A stretch of DNA of 50,230 bases from a virus. Taxonomy: Duplodnaviria > Caudoviricetes. The DNA lies in the IMG/VR virus record IMGVR_UViG_3300027743_000008, positions 1-50,230 of that record. One strand, 5' to 3'. Position numbers and translations under genes: made by a program. Below, one piece after another: positions 6,317 through 15,189 of the stretch. The first letter of the stretch is position 1. Every line of letters starts with the position of its first letter. The notes beneath the pieces were generated by a model, which saw nothing but the letters and a program-made list of their open reading frames with translations, was not told where the DNA came from and made no database searches.

Positions 6317-9124
6317 TTAAAGCTTCCCATACCGTTCCGTCAGGATGCCGCCCTCGCTCGCGATGGGGAGACCGCTGGCCCATGCCGGTGGCGTCTCGAT
6401 GATCCGCTTCGCGTAGTCCGGATAGAAGCCGGGCGCGACCTCGAAGAGTAATTCGTCGTGGACCGACAGCACCAGCTCGGCGGCGAGGTCGGCGGAGACA
6501 CGCAGCGCGGCTTCGACGATGACGTCGCGAGCCACCGCTTGCGTCACGTTTTCCGCCAGCTTGGACCCCCACGTGCGGATCGGCTGCCACTGCTTGGTGT
6601 ACTGGTCGACGCCGTCGAACACGATGGCGGTATGATTAGGCTGGACCGGATCGACGACGAGGCGTGGGTTGCGATACCAAAGCTTTCTACCGGACGGCAG
6701 CTTGATCATGAGACAGGGATATCCGAAGCTATTGGCCACCACCATAACGATGCCGCGCGCATGGGTGGGGATGAACGGGTGCGTGATCGCCTGCTTCGCC
6801 GCCGCGTCCAAGTCCCACCAGAACTGTCTCGTATGGGCATTGGCGTCGCGCCATGCGGTGACGATTTCGAGGCTCTCCATCTTGGTGAGCCGAAGCCCGT
6901 TGGCCAACGCGAAGTCGACGAACGCTTCGTGGCCCATGCCGAAGCCCAGACCGAGGACCGCGACCTTGCCTGCCTTGCGTGAGCCAAGCCCCAGCCTGTC
7001 CGACGTGTGGGTGTAGACGTCCTCGCCCTTGCGGAAGACGTCAAGCACGTCGTTCTGGCCCGCCAGCCAAGCGAGAACCCTAGCTTCGATCTGCGAAAGA
7101 TCAAACACGAGGAACTGCTTCCCGTCCGAAGGGATGAGGCAACCGCGGAGACAGGCGGAGACAACAGCTAGGGGTTCGCCATAGAAGACCCCGAGGCCGT
7201 CGTTGCGCAGCCCCCCGAGGATCGCGTTGATCGCGTCGAGCGGGTTCCAGCCTTTTGGCGGGCGCGGGAAGTTCTGCGGCTGGATCAAACGACCTGAATT
7301 ATGGTGGATCAGTCCTTGGGCGACATAGCTTGCATCTCCTTCAACAGAGATGTCCCAAACTCCTCTTTCTCCCACAGGTGCAAGCGACCAAGCTTCTGCT
7401 TGTGCAGCGCCTGATGCCCTTTCGGCGTCACCAGAGCCAGATTGTCCAAGGTGTCGTTCGTCTTGTCTCCGTCGATATGGTGGACGTGCCAGCCCTCCGG
7501 CAGCTCCTTCAGTCCCAGCGCCGTCGCCATCGCGCTCCGGTGTTCGAAGGTGTAGCCATCGCCGTTCCACGTCGCCATTCGACCACTGTGCAAAACCCGT
7601 TTCACCGCGCTCTGTATGCCATAGTTGGGGTTCTTCGCCCCTACTCGGCTGCGAGAGTATGCCGCGCTCTTCAGGCGCTTGTATTCCGCCGGAGACAGCC
7701 GGGCTTTCAGCACCGCCCCCACGTTGTGCAGCGTCGTTCCCAACTTCGCCGCGACTTCCTCCATCGTGATGACCTGCGACCGATAGAGGCGTTCGACCTC
7801 CTCGCAGAACGAAGCGTCCGCCAGCATCTTCCTCGAAACACTCATCGATCCGTCTCCACCCCGTTTCCGTCATGATCCGGTGCGCCAGCGTCGCCTCGAC
7901 GAAAGCACCATCCGGCCCTTCGAGACGGTACATGGTCTCGATGCCTTTGTAAAATTTTGCCAGAACTTTCCGGGGTTGGCCACTGCCGCCGATGACGATG
8001 TCGCCGGGACGCAGCCCGATGATCCGTCGTGGCCCTTCCGGCGTGTCGACCAGCGTTCCGCCCGCAACGCAGAAGCGTCCCGTCCTCGCAGCGCCATAGT
8101 ATTGAAGCGTGCCGCGCACCCGGCCGTCGTTGTCGACCGTGTTCAGCATCGACTGGAGTTTCTTCACCGAGGACTTGGCGACCTTTTGTCTGATCGCCAG
8201 CACCTTGGTGCCGAGGGGAGACAGCCCGGCTTCAGGAGCCGTGTCCAGCGTGTCCTGGACCTCGTCCTTGCCGACGGTGGCCATCTTGACGCCTTGGCCC
8301 CATAACCAGCTCAGGAGACGTTGGGTCTGGGTGCCGGGAGACGTGACGTTGCCCCCGGTCAGGGCTTTGCACTCCGCGTCGAGCTTTTGGGTTTCTTCCT
8401 TGGCGATGCCGATCAGCGTGTGGATCAGGGGGATGTCGAGCCTGATGCCCTTGTCGTTGGCGATCCGGTCGAGGCGAGACACGGCTTTCTCGTAATCGGG
8501 CAGCTCCGGCGTAAGCTTGCACACGGCGCGCTCGGCGATTACGTCCTGCTTACAGTAAGCTTCGAGCGCAGACAGTTTTCCCAGATCGACGTCGTGCCAG
8601 AACGTGCCGTCCTGTTTTGGCCTGCACATCTGCATCATCAGGCGATGCCCGGCGACGTCCTTCAGGAGAGACGGAGCCAAACCGAGGGCTGGCCCGGCGT
8701 GTTCCAGCTTGGCCGGAAGCCCGGAGTACAGCGCCCGCTGCATGGAGCAGATCGCTTGGCGCGGGTCCATCTGCTTCACGCCGAACCAGTTGGTGATGAA
8801 GGCCCACTCGAAAGCCGCGTTCCACGCCACGAACTTCCCGTCCGAGGCGAGGTGCTGCGAGACATCGTGCGGCAGGCTTTTCGGCATCGTCACCGAGGAG
8901 ACGGGGCCGTCGTCGAACGCCCACGCGATGACCGTCACGATGGTATCCGGGTGCCGGGAGTAGGCGCTCGCGCCGACCTTGCGCAAATCTAGGGTAGAGG
9001 CTGTCTCCAGATCGAGGTGCAGCAGTCGGCGTTCCGGGAACACCTTTCCGGCAACCGAGGCCCGCGCATCCAAGTCCCCGATCCTTTTGATGATGGCCAT
9101 CAGGTCGTCGATGCCCACGCTCAT
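6317..9124 (-). CDS. polA: Family A DNA polymerase (APSE-like) interrupted by an intein
   Basis: Exonuclease motifs LDLET, AWNAAFE and YCKQDV; TGRF|SGRLIQPQN; motif A DLSQIEARVLAW; motif B RKAGKVAVLGLGFG; motif C VHDEL. The ATG at 9124 overlaps the upstream stop (ATGA). Confidence 0.95.
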   Translation of the reverse strand: MSVGIDDLMAIIKRIGDLDARASVAGKVFPERRLLHLDLETASTLDLRKVGASAYSRHPDTIVTVIAWAFDDGPVSSVTMPKSLPHDVSQHLASDGKFVAWNAAFEWAFITNWFGVKQMDPRQAICSMQRALYSGLPAKLEHAGPALGLAPSLLKDVAGHRLMMQMCRPKQDGTFWHDVDLGKLSALEAYCKQDVIAERAVCKLTPELPDYEKAVSRLDRIANDKGIRLDIPLIHTLIGIAKEETQKLDAECKALTGGNVTSPGTQTQRLLSWLWGQGVKMATVGKDEVQDTLDTAPEAGLSPLGTKVLAIRQKVAKSSVKKLQSMLNTVDNDGRVRGTLQYYGAARTGRFCVAGGTLVDTPEGPRRIIGLRPGDIVIGGSGQPRKVLAKFYKGIETMYRLEGPDGAFVEATLAHRIMTETGWRRIDECFEEDAGGRFVLRGGRTPLSVAGHHDGGSRGEVGNDAAQRGGGAESPAVSGGIQAPEERGILSQPSRGEEPQLWHTERGETGFAQWSNGDVERRWLHLRTPERDGDGAGTEGAAGGLARPPYRRRQDERHLGQSGSGDAERASGAAQAEAWSLAPVGERGVWDISVEGDASYVAQGLIHHNSGRLIQPQNFPRPPKGWNPLDAINAILGGLRNDGLGVFYGEPLAVVSACLRGCLIPSDGKQFLVFDLSQIEARVLAWLAGQNDVLDVFRKGEDVYTHTSDRLGLGSRKAGKVAVLGLGFGMGHEAFVDFALANGLRLTKMESLEIVTAWRDANAHTRQFWWDLDAAAKQAITHPFIPTHARGIVMVVANSFGYPCLMIKLPSGRKLWYRNPRLVVDPVQPNHTAIVFDGVDQYTKQWQPIRTWGSKLAENVTQAVARDVIVEAALRVSADLAAELVLSVHDELLFEVAPGFYPDYAKRIIETPPAWASGLPIASEGGILTERYGKL
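7298..8071 (-). mobile_element. Intein (258 aa) in the DNA polymerase
   Basis: Block A CVAGGTLVDT, block B ATLAHRIMTETGW, block F VWDISVEG, block G IHHN followed by Ser. Removing it restores TGRFSGRLIQPQN. Confidence 0.95.
7309..7845 (-). CDS. HNH homing endonuclease encoded in the +1 frame inside the intein
   Basis: N-terminal HTH-like segment, NUMOD3-like GAKNPNYG, and EHR...LG..LP.GWHVHHIDGDKTNDTLDNL...H...H. GGAG lies 8 nt upstream of the ATG. Confidence 0.9.
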   Translation of the reverse strand: MSVSRKMLADASFCEEVERLYRSQVITMEEVAAKLGTTLHNVGAVLKARLSPAEYKRLKSAAYSRSRVGAKNPNYGIQSAVKRVLHSGRMATWNGDGYTFEHRSAMATALGLKELPEGWHVHHIDGDKTNDTLDNLALVTPKGHQALHKQKLGRLHLWEKEEFGTSLLKEMQAMSPKD

Positions 9125-10047
9125 GGCTTCACCCGCGTGAACAGCCGGTGCAGCTCTTCGTGGTCGCGCCAGTTGACCTTGGTCGAGCGCACCGGGATGA
9201 CTTTTCCCGAGGCGAGGTGCCGTTGGTGGGAGCGCCGCCAATGGGGGACCGGGGAAGCGTGATGGCCTGTTTGGCCGGGATTTCGCTTGATCGAAGCCAC
9301 GGCGTGCTGGAACAGGGAGACATAGTCGCGTGTCTCCACCCGCGTATGCGCCGGGATCGGAGATTTCCCCTTGAGCGCCCGTTGCTTGTTGAGTTTTTCC
9401 GGGGCCGGGACGTCGACGACCGGCACAGAGGCGTCAGCCAAGAGACGCAGCATCGTCACCAGCGGATCGAGCATGTTGGCCCCGCGCTTTCCGGCTTCGG
9501 GCTGCCGGTTGAAGACGGCGTCGATCATCGGGACCGGGTTTATCACGGTCACGCCGTCTTCCACGCTGATCGCGCAGATGTCGTTGACCACCACCGCCAG
9601 CGGCATGTCGGGCGAGGCGACGCCGTAGATTTCGATGACGATGGACGCCTTGCCCCCCGAGAACGGCGAGACGAAATAGCCGCACATGCCGCCCTCCCAC
9701 GACGAGACGCCGATCCACTCCTCGTATGGGTGCTGGAGTTCGCCTGCTTCGAACGCGTCGCGTGTCCGGGTGCTTGTCTCCTTCAGCAGGTTGTTGGGCA
9801 GGAAGCCGAAGTCGATCATCCGGCCCTCGCGGATGGTCTCCTGAACCGTCTCGATCATCGTGTTGACGAGGTTCGCGCTGGTGCTGGGGATGTCGAGCAT
9901 CGGGCTGAACGCGAACAGGCCGTCGAGCGCGGCGTTGCGAAAGCTTGCTGCGCTGCGGATCGGGTGCTTGTCGAAATCCTCCATGATTTTGATCATGGTG
10001 GCTCTAGCCAGTTTCGGGGGCAGGCTGCCGGGGACGTCGACGCTCAT
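9121..10047 (-). CDS. Hypothetical phage protein with a C-terminal HASP.PHWRRSH.R basic motif
   Basis: 308 aa ORF, strong SD (AAAGGAG), stop coupled to the polymerase start. Confidence 0.8.
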   Translation of the reverse strand: MSVDVPGSLPPKLARATMIKIMEDFDKHPIRSAASFRNAALDGLFAFSPMLDIPSTSANLVNTMIETVQETIREGRMIDFGFLPNNLLKETSTRTRDAFEAGELQHPYEEWIGVSSWEGGMCGYFVSPFSGGKASIVIEIYGVASPDMPLAVVVNDICAISVEDGVTVINPVPMIDAVFNRQPEAGKRGANMLDPLVTMLRLLADASVPVVDVPAPEKLNKQRALKGKSPIPAHTRVETRDYVSLFQHAVASIKRNPGQTGHHASPVPHWRRSHQRHLASGKVIPVRSTKVNWRDHEELHRLFTRVKP

Positions 10048-10188
10048 GGGCGGGTTCTCCTTTGGTCGGTCCGGGGAGCCTTACATAAAAAAGTGTCGCA
10101 GGCCAACTTAAAAATGTAGGATTTTTTGTTGACCTTGGATGCGTCGGCGTGTACCCCTGTCGCAGCAATCGCCCCCGGAGTGACGAAA

Positions 10189-10440
10189 ATGCCCAAGCTG
10201 AAGCCAGATAGAGCGTTCCCGCACTACAAGTTTCGCGATCTTCTCGCGGCAGTGGGGAGCGACCAAGAGATATCTGACCTGATCGCCTCGCACGGCTTCG
10301 ACCGCCCGACGTTACCCGTCATAAGGGGCTGGCGCTCGCGCAACTCGATCCCGTCGCGGTGGCTGCCGCTGATCCTGCACCGGGTGATCTCCAACGGCGA
10401 CCTCAAGAACATGACGTCGCTGCTTGAGGAGCCTTTCTAG
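10189..10440 (+). CDS. Cro-like HTH DNA-binding protein
   Basis: GGAG upstream; VIRGWRSRNSIPSRW pattern; first gene of the divergent rightward operon. Confidence 0.65.
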   Translation: MPKLKPDRAFPHYKFRDLLAAVGSDQEISDLIASHGFDRPTLPVIRGWRSRNSIPSRWLPLILHRVISNGDLKNMTSLLEEPF

Positions 10441-10512
10441 ATGGTGACCGGGGGAGCCAGCCTGCTGGCCGTCGTCGCCTTCTTCATTTTCTTGGCGATC
10501 ATGGAAGACTGA
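10441..10512 (+). CDS. 23-aa hydrophobic peptide MVTGGASLLAVVAFFIFLAIMED
   Basis: ATG abuts the upstream stop, GAGGAG lies upstream, and it fills the gap exactly. Confidence 0.5.
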   Translation: MVTGGASLLAVVAFFIFLAIMED

Positions 10513-10533
10513 CCAGACCAAAGGAGAGAACCG

Positions 10534-10929
10534 ATGTCCAAGCTGACCTGCGCGCCACGCCCCTGCGCGTCCTGCCCCTACCGCAAGGACGCGCCGTCCG
10601 GGCTGTGGGAGCGGAACGAATACGACAAGCTGCCCGCCTATGACGGAGACATCCCGGACCAATTATTCGCCGGGGCCGTCGGCGTGTTCCTGTGCCACCA
10701 GCGAGACGAGAATTTGTGCGCCGGATGGGTTGCCGCGCACGGGGCCGGGAACCTTCTGGCGCTGCGCATGGCCCGCGACGTGGACGAGGCGGTGTTCTCC
10801 TACGAGACCGACGTGCCGGTGTTCAAGTCCGGTTCCGAAGCGTGGCGGCACGGGATGAAGGACATCCACGCCCCCGGCCCGAAGGCCGTGCGCCTGATGG
10901 ACAAGCTGGCCAGAAAGATAGCCCGATGA
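10534..10929 (+). CDS. DUF6283-like Cys-rich protein
   Basis: PCASCPYRKDAPSGLW...FLCHQ...CAGW; strong SD. Confidence 0.75.
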   Translation: MSKLTCAPRPCASCPYRKDAPSGLWERNEYDKLPAYDGDIPDQLFAGAVGVFLCHQRDENLCAGWVAAHGAGNLLALRMARDVDEAVFSYETDVPVFKSGSEAWRHGMKDIHAPGPKAVRLMDKLARKIAR

Positions 10930-10988
10930 TCTGGCTTATCGTTTTCGCGGCGAACTTCCTGCTCGTCACCCTGTTGGTCAACCGATGA
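10926..10988 (+). CDS. 20-aa hydrophobic peptide MIWLIVFAANFLLVTLLVNR
   Basis: ATGA overlaps with both neighbours. Confidence 0.5.
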   Translation: MIWLIVFAANFLLVTLLVNR

Positions 10989-11452
10989 TCCTGCGGAAAA
11001 TCCTTGCGATAGACCCCGGCTCCGTCAGCGCGGCTTACGCCATCGTGGAGGAGACGACGTTCCGGATCATCGACGTCGACGACGTGCCGGTGGTCGACAG
11101 GATGGTCGACGCCGCCGGGTGGTCGCAGATCGTCGAGTTCTGGTCTCCTGACCGGGCTGTCATCGAATTGGTTGGTTCCATGCCGAAGCAGGGGGTGAGT
11201 TCCTCGTTCCGGTTCGGAATGGGTTGCGGGCTTTTGCGGGGTGTCGTCATCGCGTGCGGTGTTCCTGTCGAACAGGTGTCTCCGTCCAAGTGGAAGCGGG
11301 ACATGGGGCTGGACAGCGACGGCGAAAAGTCACGCGCGCTGGCCCTGCGGCAATGGCCGGAATGTCTCCGGCTGGGGCGGGTGAAGGATCACGGAAGAGC
11401 CGAGGCGCTGCTGCTGGCGCGTTGGTTTCTGGAAAAGACCAGCAGGCAGTGA
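10985..11452 (+). CDS. RuvC-like Holliday junction resolvase
   Basis: LAIDPG, VIELVGSMPKQGVSSSFRFG, PSKWK and DHGRAEALLLA motifs. Confidence 0.88.
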   Translation: MILRKILAIDPGSVSAAYAIVEETTFRIIDVDDVPVVDRMVDAAGWSQIVEFWSPDRAVIELVGSMPKQGVSSSFRFGMGCGLLRGVVIACGVPVEQVSPSKWKRDMGLDSDGEKSRALALRQWPECLRLGRVKDHGRAEALLLARWFLEKTSRQ

Positions 11453-11473
11453 CCGACCAAAAGGAGAGAACCG

Positions 11474-11740
11474 ATGACCACGACCAATGTCCAATACCTT
11501 CCCGGCAGCCGTTCGCTGGTGACGCTGACCGACAGCCTCGCCGCCCGCAAGCTGGTGCAGGAGGAAGTCCTGCGTTCGAAGCTGAGCTACACGCTGATCG
11601 CCACGAAAGCCGGGCTGGCGAACTCGACTGTCTCCAACATCGCCACCGGCAAGACGATCTGGCCGCGTCTCGAAACCATCGTGCGGGTGCTGGCGGCGCT
11701 GGGCTGGGTGCTGATGGCGCAGCGCCGGGGAGGCGAGTGA
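11474..11740 (+). CDS. XRE-family HTH protein
   Basis: IATKAGLANSTVSNIATG..P.LETI..V..ALG; strong SD. Confidence 0.82.
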   Translation: MTTTNVQYLPGSRSLVTLTDSLAARKLVQEEVLRSKLSYTLIATKAGLANSTVSNIATGKTIWPRLETIVRVLAALGWVLMAQRRGGE

Positions 11741-13053
11741 TGAACCTCTTCCCATACCAAGAGGACGCCGTCGCCCGGATCACGGCGTCTCCGGACCCGA
11801 CCTATCTGGCTTTCGAAATGGGCCTCGGTAAGAGCGCCATCGCCTTGGAGACAGCCAAGCGCCGGGGCGTGAAGCGCCTTCTCATCATGTGTCCGTCGGT
11901 GGGCAAGCTCGTCTGGGCCAAGGAGATCGCCAAGTGGTGGCCGGGGAACCATGTCGTGGTGGTCAACAGCCCCGGCGATCTTGGCTTGTGGGACGAAGGC
12001 ATCTTCATCCTGCCCTACTCGCGTGTCTCCACCGACCGGGAGTTCGCCGACACCGTCATGCTGGGAGCGCCGTTCGAAATGACGGTGCTGGACGAAGCCC
12101 ACGCCTTGAAGAACCCCGGCGCGAACCGCACCAAGGCCGTCCTCAAGACCATGCTGCCGAAGCTGGGCTTCGTGCTGCCGATGAGCGGCACCCCGACGCC
12201 CAACCATCCGGGCGAGCTGTTCCCGATCCTGCGAACGGTGTTCCCGGAGACCGTGCGCAAGTCCGATGGGAAACTCATGCGGCAGGCCGAGTTCGAAGAC
12301 GCCTACTGTCAAGTGGTCAACCGATGGTTCGGCGGCAGATCGATCAGGACCATCGAAGGGGCCAAGAACGGAGACATCCTCAAGGCGAGGATACGACCTT
12401 ACTTTCTGCGGAAGACCAAGAAGGAGGCGCTTCCCGAGTTGCCCGACATGACCTTCGACACCTATCCCATCGCGGCACCCGGTGCGCCGGACTGGGGCTT
12501 CGATTTCTCGACAATCGACGACGACGAGATCGAAATTCTGCTGTCGTCTCCCGACCGCCACGTCATGCGGATGCGGCACCTCACGGGATTGGCCAAGGTT
12601 CCCGGCGCGGTCGAGGCCATCGTCGACATGCTGGATAGCTGTCGGCGCAAGGTGCTGGTGTTCGCCCACCACACCGACGTGATCATCGGCCTGATGTCGA
12701 ACCTCGCCGCCTACAATCCGGTCGCGATCACCGGAGAGACGACATCCGCGAGCCGTGCTCACGCGGTCGACAGGTTCCTGAACGATCCGAAGTGCCGGGT
12801 GTTCGCCGGGAACATCACCGCAGCCGGGACGTCGATCACGCTGGTCGGAGACAAGGCCGATGTCTCCGACGTGTTCTTCGTCGAAGCGGATTATTCCCCC
12901 GGCAACAACGTCCAAGCCGCGTCTCGCATACACCGGATCGGCCAGAAGGACGCCGTCCAAGTCTGGTTCCTCACCGCGCACGGCACCATCGACGACCGCA
13001 TCCAAGAGATTTTGGTCCGCAAGACGCGGGACCTCAAGGAGTTGTTCGGATGA
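11740..13053 (+). CDS. SNF2-family (DEAH) helicase
   Basis: LFPYQ, EMGLGKS, LDEAH, SGTP and QAASRIHRIGQ motifs. Start trimmed to the ATG at 11740. Confidence 0.92.
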   Translation: MNLFPYQEDAVARITASPDPTYLAFEMGLGKSAIALETAKRRGVKRLLIMCPSVGKLVWAKEIAKWWPGNHVVVVNSPGDLGLWDEGIFILPYSRVSTDREFADTVMLGAPFEMTVLDEAHALKNPGANRTKAVLKTMLPKLGFVLPMSGTPTPNHPGELFPILRTVFPETVRKSDGKLMRQAEFEDAYCQVVNRWFGGRSIRTIEGAKNGDILKARIRPYFLRKTKKEALPELPDMTFDTYPIAAPGAPDWGFDFSTIDDDEIEILLSSPDRHVMRMRHLTGLAKVPGAVEAIVDMLDSCRRKVLVFAHHTDVIIGLMSNLAAYNPVAITGETTSASRAHAVDRFLNDPKCRVFAGNITAAGTSITLVGDKADVSDVFFVEADYSPGNNVQAASRIHRIGQKDAVQVWFLTAHGTIDDRIQEILVRKTRDLKELFG

Positions 13054-13136
13054 GGAGCCACGGTCGTCAGCGCCAGCAATATGCGGCACGTCCTCAAGGG
13101 CGTGCTGGAAATCATCAACAAGTAGGAGACACCGAA

Positions 13137-13727
13137 ATGACACCCGCATTCACCATCACCATCACCGCCGACAGCCCGGAACAGCTTCAGGCGAACCTGC
13201 GCGCCATGCTGCCGCAGCAGGAAGACCGGGTCTTGGAGTACATCAACGGGGTGGAGTTCCAGAGCCTGCTCATCCAGATCGGTGATCGTGTCGAGGCCGA
13301 AGGCTACGAAATGGAGGTCCGGAAGAAGGGCGAGCGCGACACCAAGCCTGTCGAGGAGCTGCCGCAGGCAGCTCGCAAGAAGGAGGAGGCCCGCGCCAAG
13401 CTGCGCGGCGAACTCGTCGCGTCTCTGGCCGAGGCGACGCACGCCACCACGGTCGTCAAGGACGAGATCGAGGTCGAAGTTGCTCCTGCCGGGGAGACAC
13501 CGCCGGAGGTGAAGGCCAAGAAGGCCAAGGTCAAGACCAATGGCAAGGCGGAGACGCCCGACGCGCTCAAGGCGCGCACCATCATCAAGCTTCAGGAGTT
13601 GTATTCGGCCGGGAAGAAGGCCGAGGTCAACAAGCTGCTGGCGCAGTATGGTGACGGCTCCAAGACCTTCTCGTCGATCCCGGCGGAGCAGTTCGCGGCC
13701 ATCGCCGAAGCGGCTGAGGCGATCTGA
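13137..13727 (+). CDS. Conserved hypothetical protein of the type usually found upstream of DUF2800
   Basis: AGGAG upstream; charged linker and C-terminal VNKLLAQYG...FSSIPAEQF. Confidence 0.72.
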   Translation: MTPAFTITITADSPEQLQANLRAMLPQQEDRVLEYINGVEFQSLLIQIGDRVEAEGYEMEVRKKGERDTKPVEELPQAARKKEEARAKLRGELVASLAEATHATTVVKDEIEVEVAPAGETPPEVKAKKAKVKTNGKAETPDALKARTIIKLQELYSAGKKAEVNKLLAQYGDGSKTFSSIPAEQFAAIAEAAEAI

Positions 13728-13924
13728 TGGCGGCAGCTCTGGAGGAAGGCGACGTCGTCGAGAAGACCGAAGGCGACTATCGTTTCCGGGGCGTCGTTGT
13801 CTCTGTTTTCCGGAAGTGGGACGAGGCTTCGAACTCACTTTCGGGACCACAGCGTGTCGTTGTCCAGAACGAGAATGGTATCCTGCACATCTTCAATCCA
13901 CGCCAACTGACGCATCCGGGCTGA
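13727..13924 (+). CDS. Small SH3-like protein, distantly DfrB/R67-like
   Basis: GDVVEKTEGDYRFRGVVV...VVQNENGILHIF; start overlaps the upstream stop. Confidence 0.6.
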   Translation: MAAALEEGDVVEKTEGDYRFRGVVVSVFRKWDEASNSLSGPQRVVVQNENGILHIFNPRQLTHPG

Positions 13925-13964
13925 AACTTAAAAAATCGGAATTTTTTATCGGGGGTAAAGTTTA

Positions 13965-15113
13965 ATGGCACACGCACACGCATCGCCGTCGTCGTCGGAA
14001 ATCTGGATCAACTGCGCTGCGTCGGTGACGCAGGCGCGGGGGAGGCAGAGGAAGGCGACCGTCTACACCCGCGAGGGTTCCGCCGCGCATCAGCTTGCCG
14101 AGCGCATCCTCACGGCCCGGACCAAAGGCAAGAACCTGTCGGACGTCAGGTCGATCCTGATCGAAGGCGAGGATGTTCCCGTCACCGAGGAAATGGTCGA
14201 CGCCGTCGACACCTATGTCTCCTACGTCTTGGGCCTGAAGGGGACCAAGCTCTTCGAGACGGTCGTCAAGGTCGAGACAGCCGACGACCTTGAGGCCCTG
14301 TGGGGGACAGCCGACACCATCGCGATCAAGAAGCGCGAGGTCGAGATCGTCGACTTCAAGTACGGGCAGGGCGTCTTCGTCCCGGCCGACACGCCGCAGT
14401 TCCGGATTTATGCCATCGGCGTGCTGGATTACCTCGGGCCGTTCGTGGAGATCGACAACGTCAAGCTCACGGTGGTGCAGCCGCGCGCCGGAGACGAGCC
14501 GGTGCGCAGTTCCATAATCCCGGTCGACGAACTCGTTCGCTGGCAGAAGGATGTCCTCGTCCCGGCGTTGCGTCGCCTCAAGGCGGGTGACGCCACGGAG
14601 AAACCGGGCGACCACTGCCGGTGGTGCGTCAGGGCGGGCGAGTGCAAGACGCTGGCGGCGCTGGCGATGGACAGCGCAAGGATAGCCTTCGACGAAGTCC
14701 CGCCCGATCCGACCGGCATGACCGACGAGGAGATCGGCAGGGTCTTGGCGCATGGCGAGCTGATCCTGTCGTGGGTCAACAAGCTGCGTCAGGAAGCCTC
14801 TGCGCGGATCGACGGCGGCGGTGCTGTCCCCGGCTGGAAGCTGGTGGCGAAGCGCGCCATGCGCCGCTGGGACGATCCGGAAGGGGCGCTTCTCGCGATG
14901 AAGGGCAGGGTTCCGCTCACCAACGTGCTGCGCATCGAAACCATAGGAACCGTCGAGAAGGTCTTGAAAAGGTACAAGGTTCCGCTGGATATCATCCACC
15001 CCTACACGATCAAGGAAAGCAGCGGGACGACCTTGGTCAGCGAGGCCGATGGCAGGCCCGCTGTCGATACGTCAGCGAAAAATGTATTTTCTGAGACGGA
15101 ACCGCTTGACTAG
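13965..15113 (+). CDS. DUF2800 Cas4-like PD-(D/E)xK exonuclease
   Basis: HAHASPSSS..W..C, EGSAAHQLAE, WGTAD, IVDFKYG, Q..IYA.G and HCRWC motifs. Confidence 0.9.
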   Translation: MAHAHASPSSSEIWINCAASVTQARGRQRKATVYTREGSAAHQLAERILTARTKGKNLSDVRSILIEGEDVPVTEEMVDAVDTYVSYVLGLKGTKLFETVVKVETADDLEALWGTADTIAIKKREVEIVDFKYGQGVFVPADTPQFRIYAIGVLDYLGPFVEIDNVKLTVVQPRAGDEPVRSSIIPVDELVRWQKDVLVPALRRLKAGDATEKPGDHCRWCVRAGECKTLAALAMDSARIAFDEVPPDPTGMTDEEIGRVLAHGELILSWVNKLRQEASARIDGGGAVPGWKLVAKRAMRRWDDPEGALLAMKGRVPLTNVLRIETIGTVEKVLKRYKVPLDIIHPYTIKESSGTTLVSEADGRPAVDTSAKNVFSETEPLD

Positions 15114-15189
15114 GTTTTATAAGCCCGTTACATAATTCACATCGCTCTTGAGAAGAGCGACTGATGTCAGCACCGAAAGGAACCGTGAA

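Noticed and set aside
7298-8071. Group I intron carrying the HNH gene
   Set aside because: The polymerase frame is open throughout and has complete intein blocks at both junctions, so protein splicing explains the insertion.
10189-11740. Lysogeny switch or prophage state
   Set aside because: HTH genes are present, but no integrase, CI-type peptidase repressor, partition genes or flanking host DNA were recognised. The lifestyle stays undetermined.
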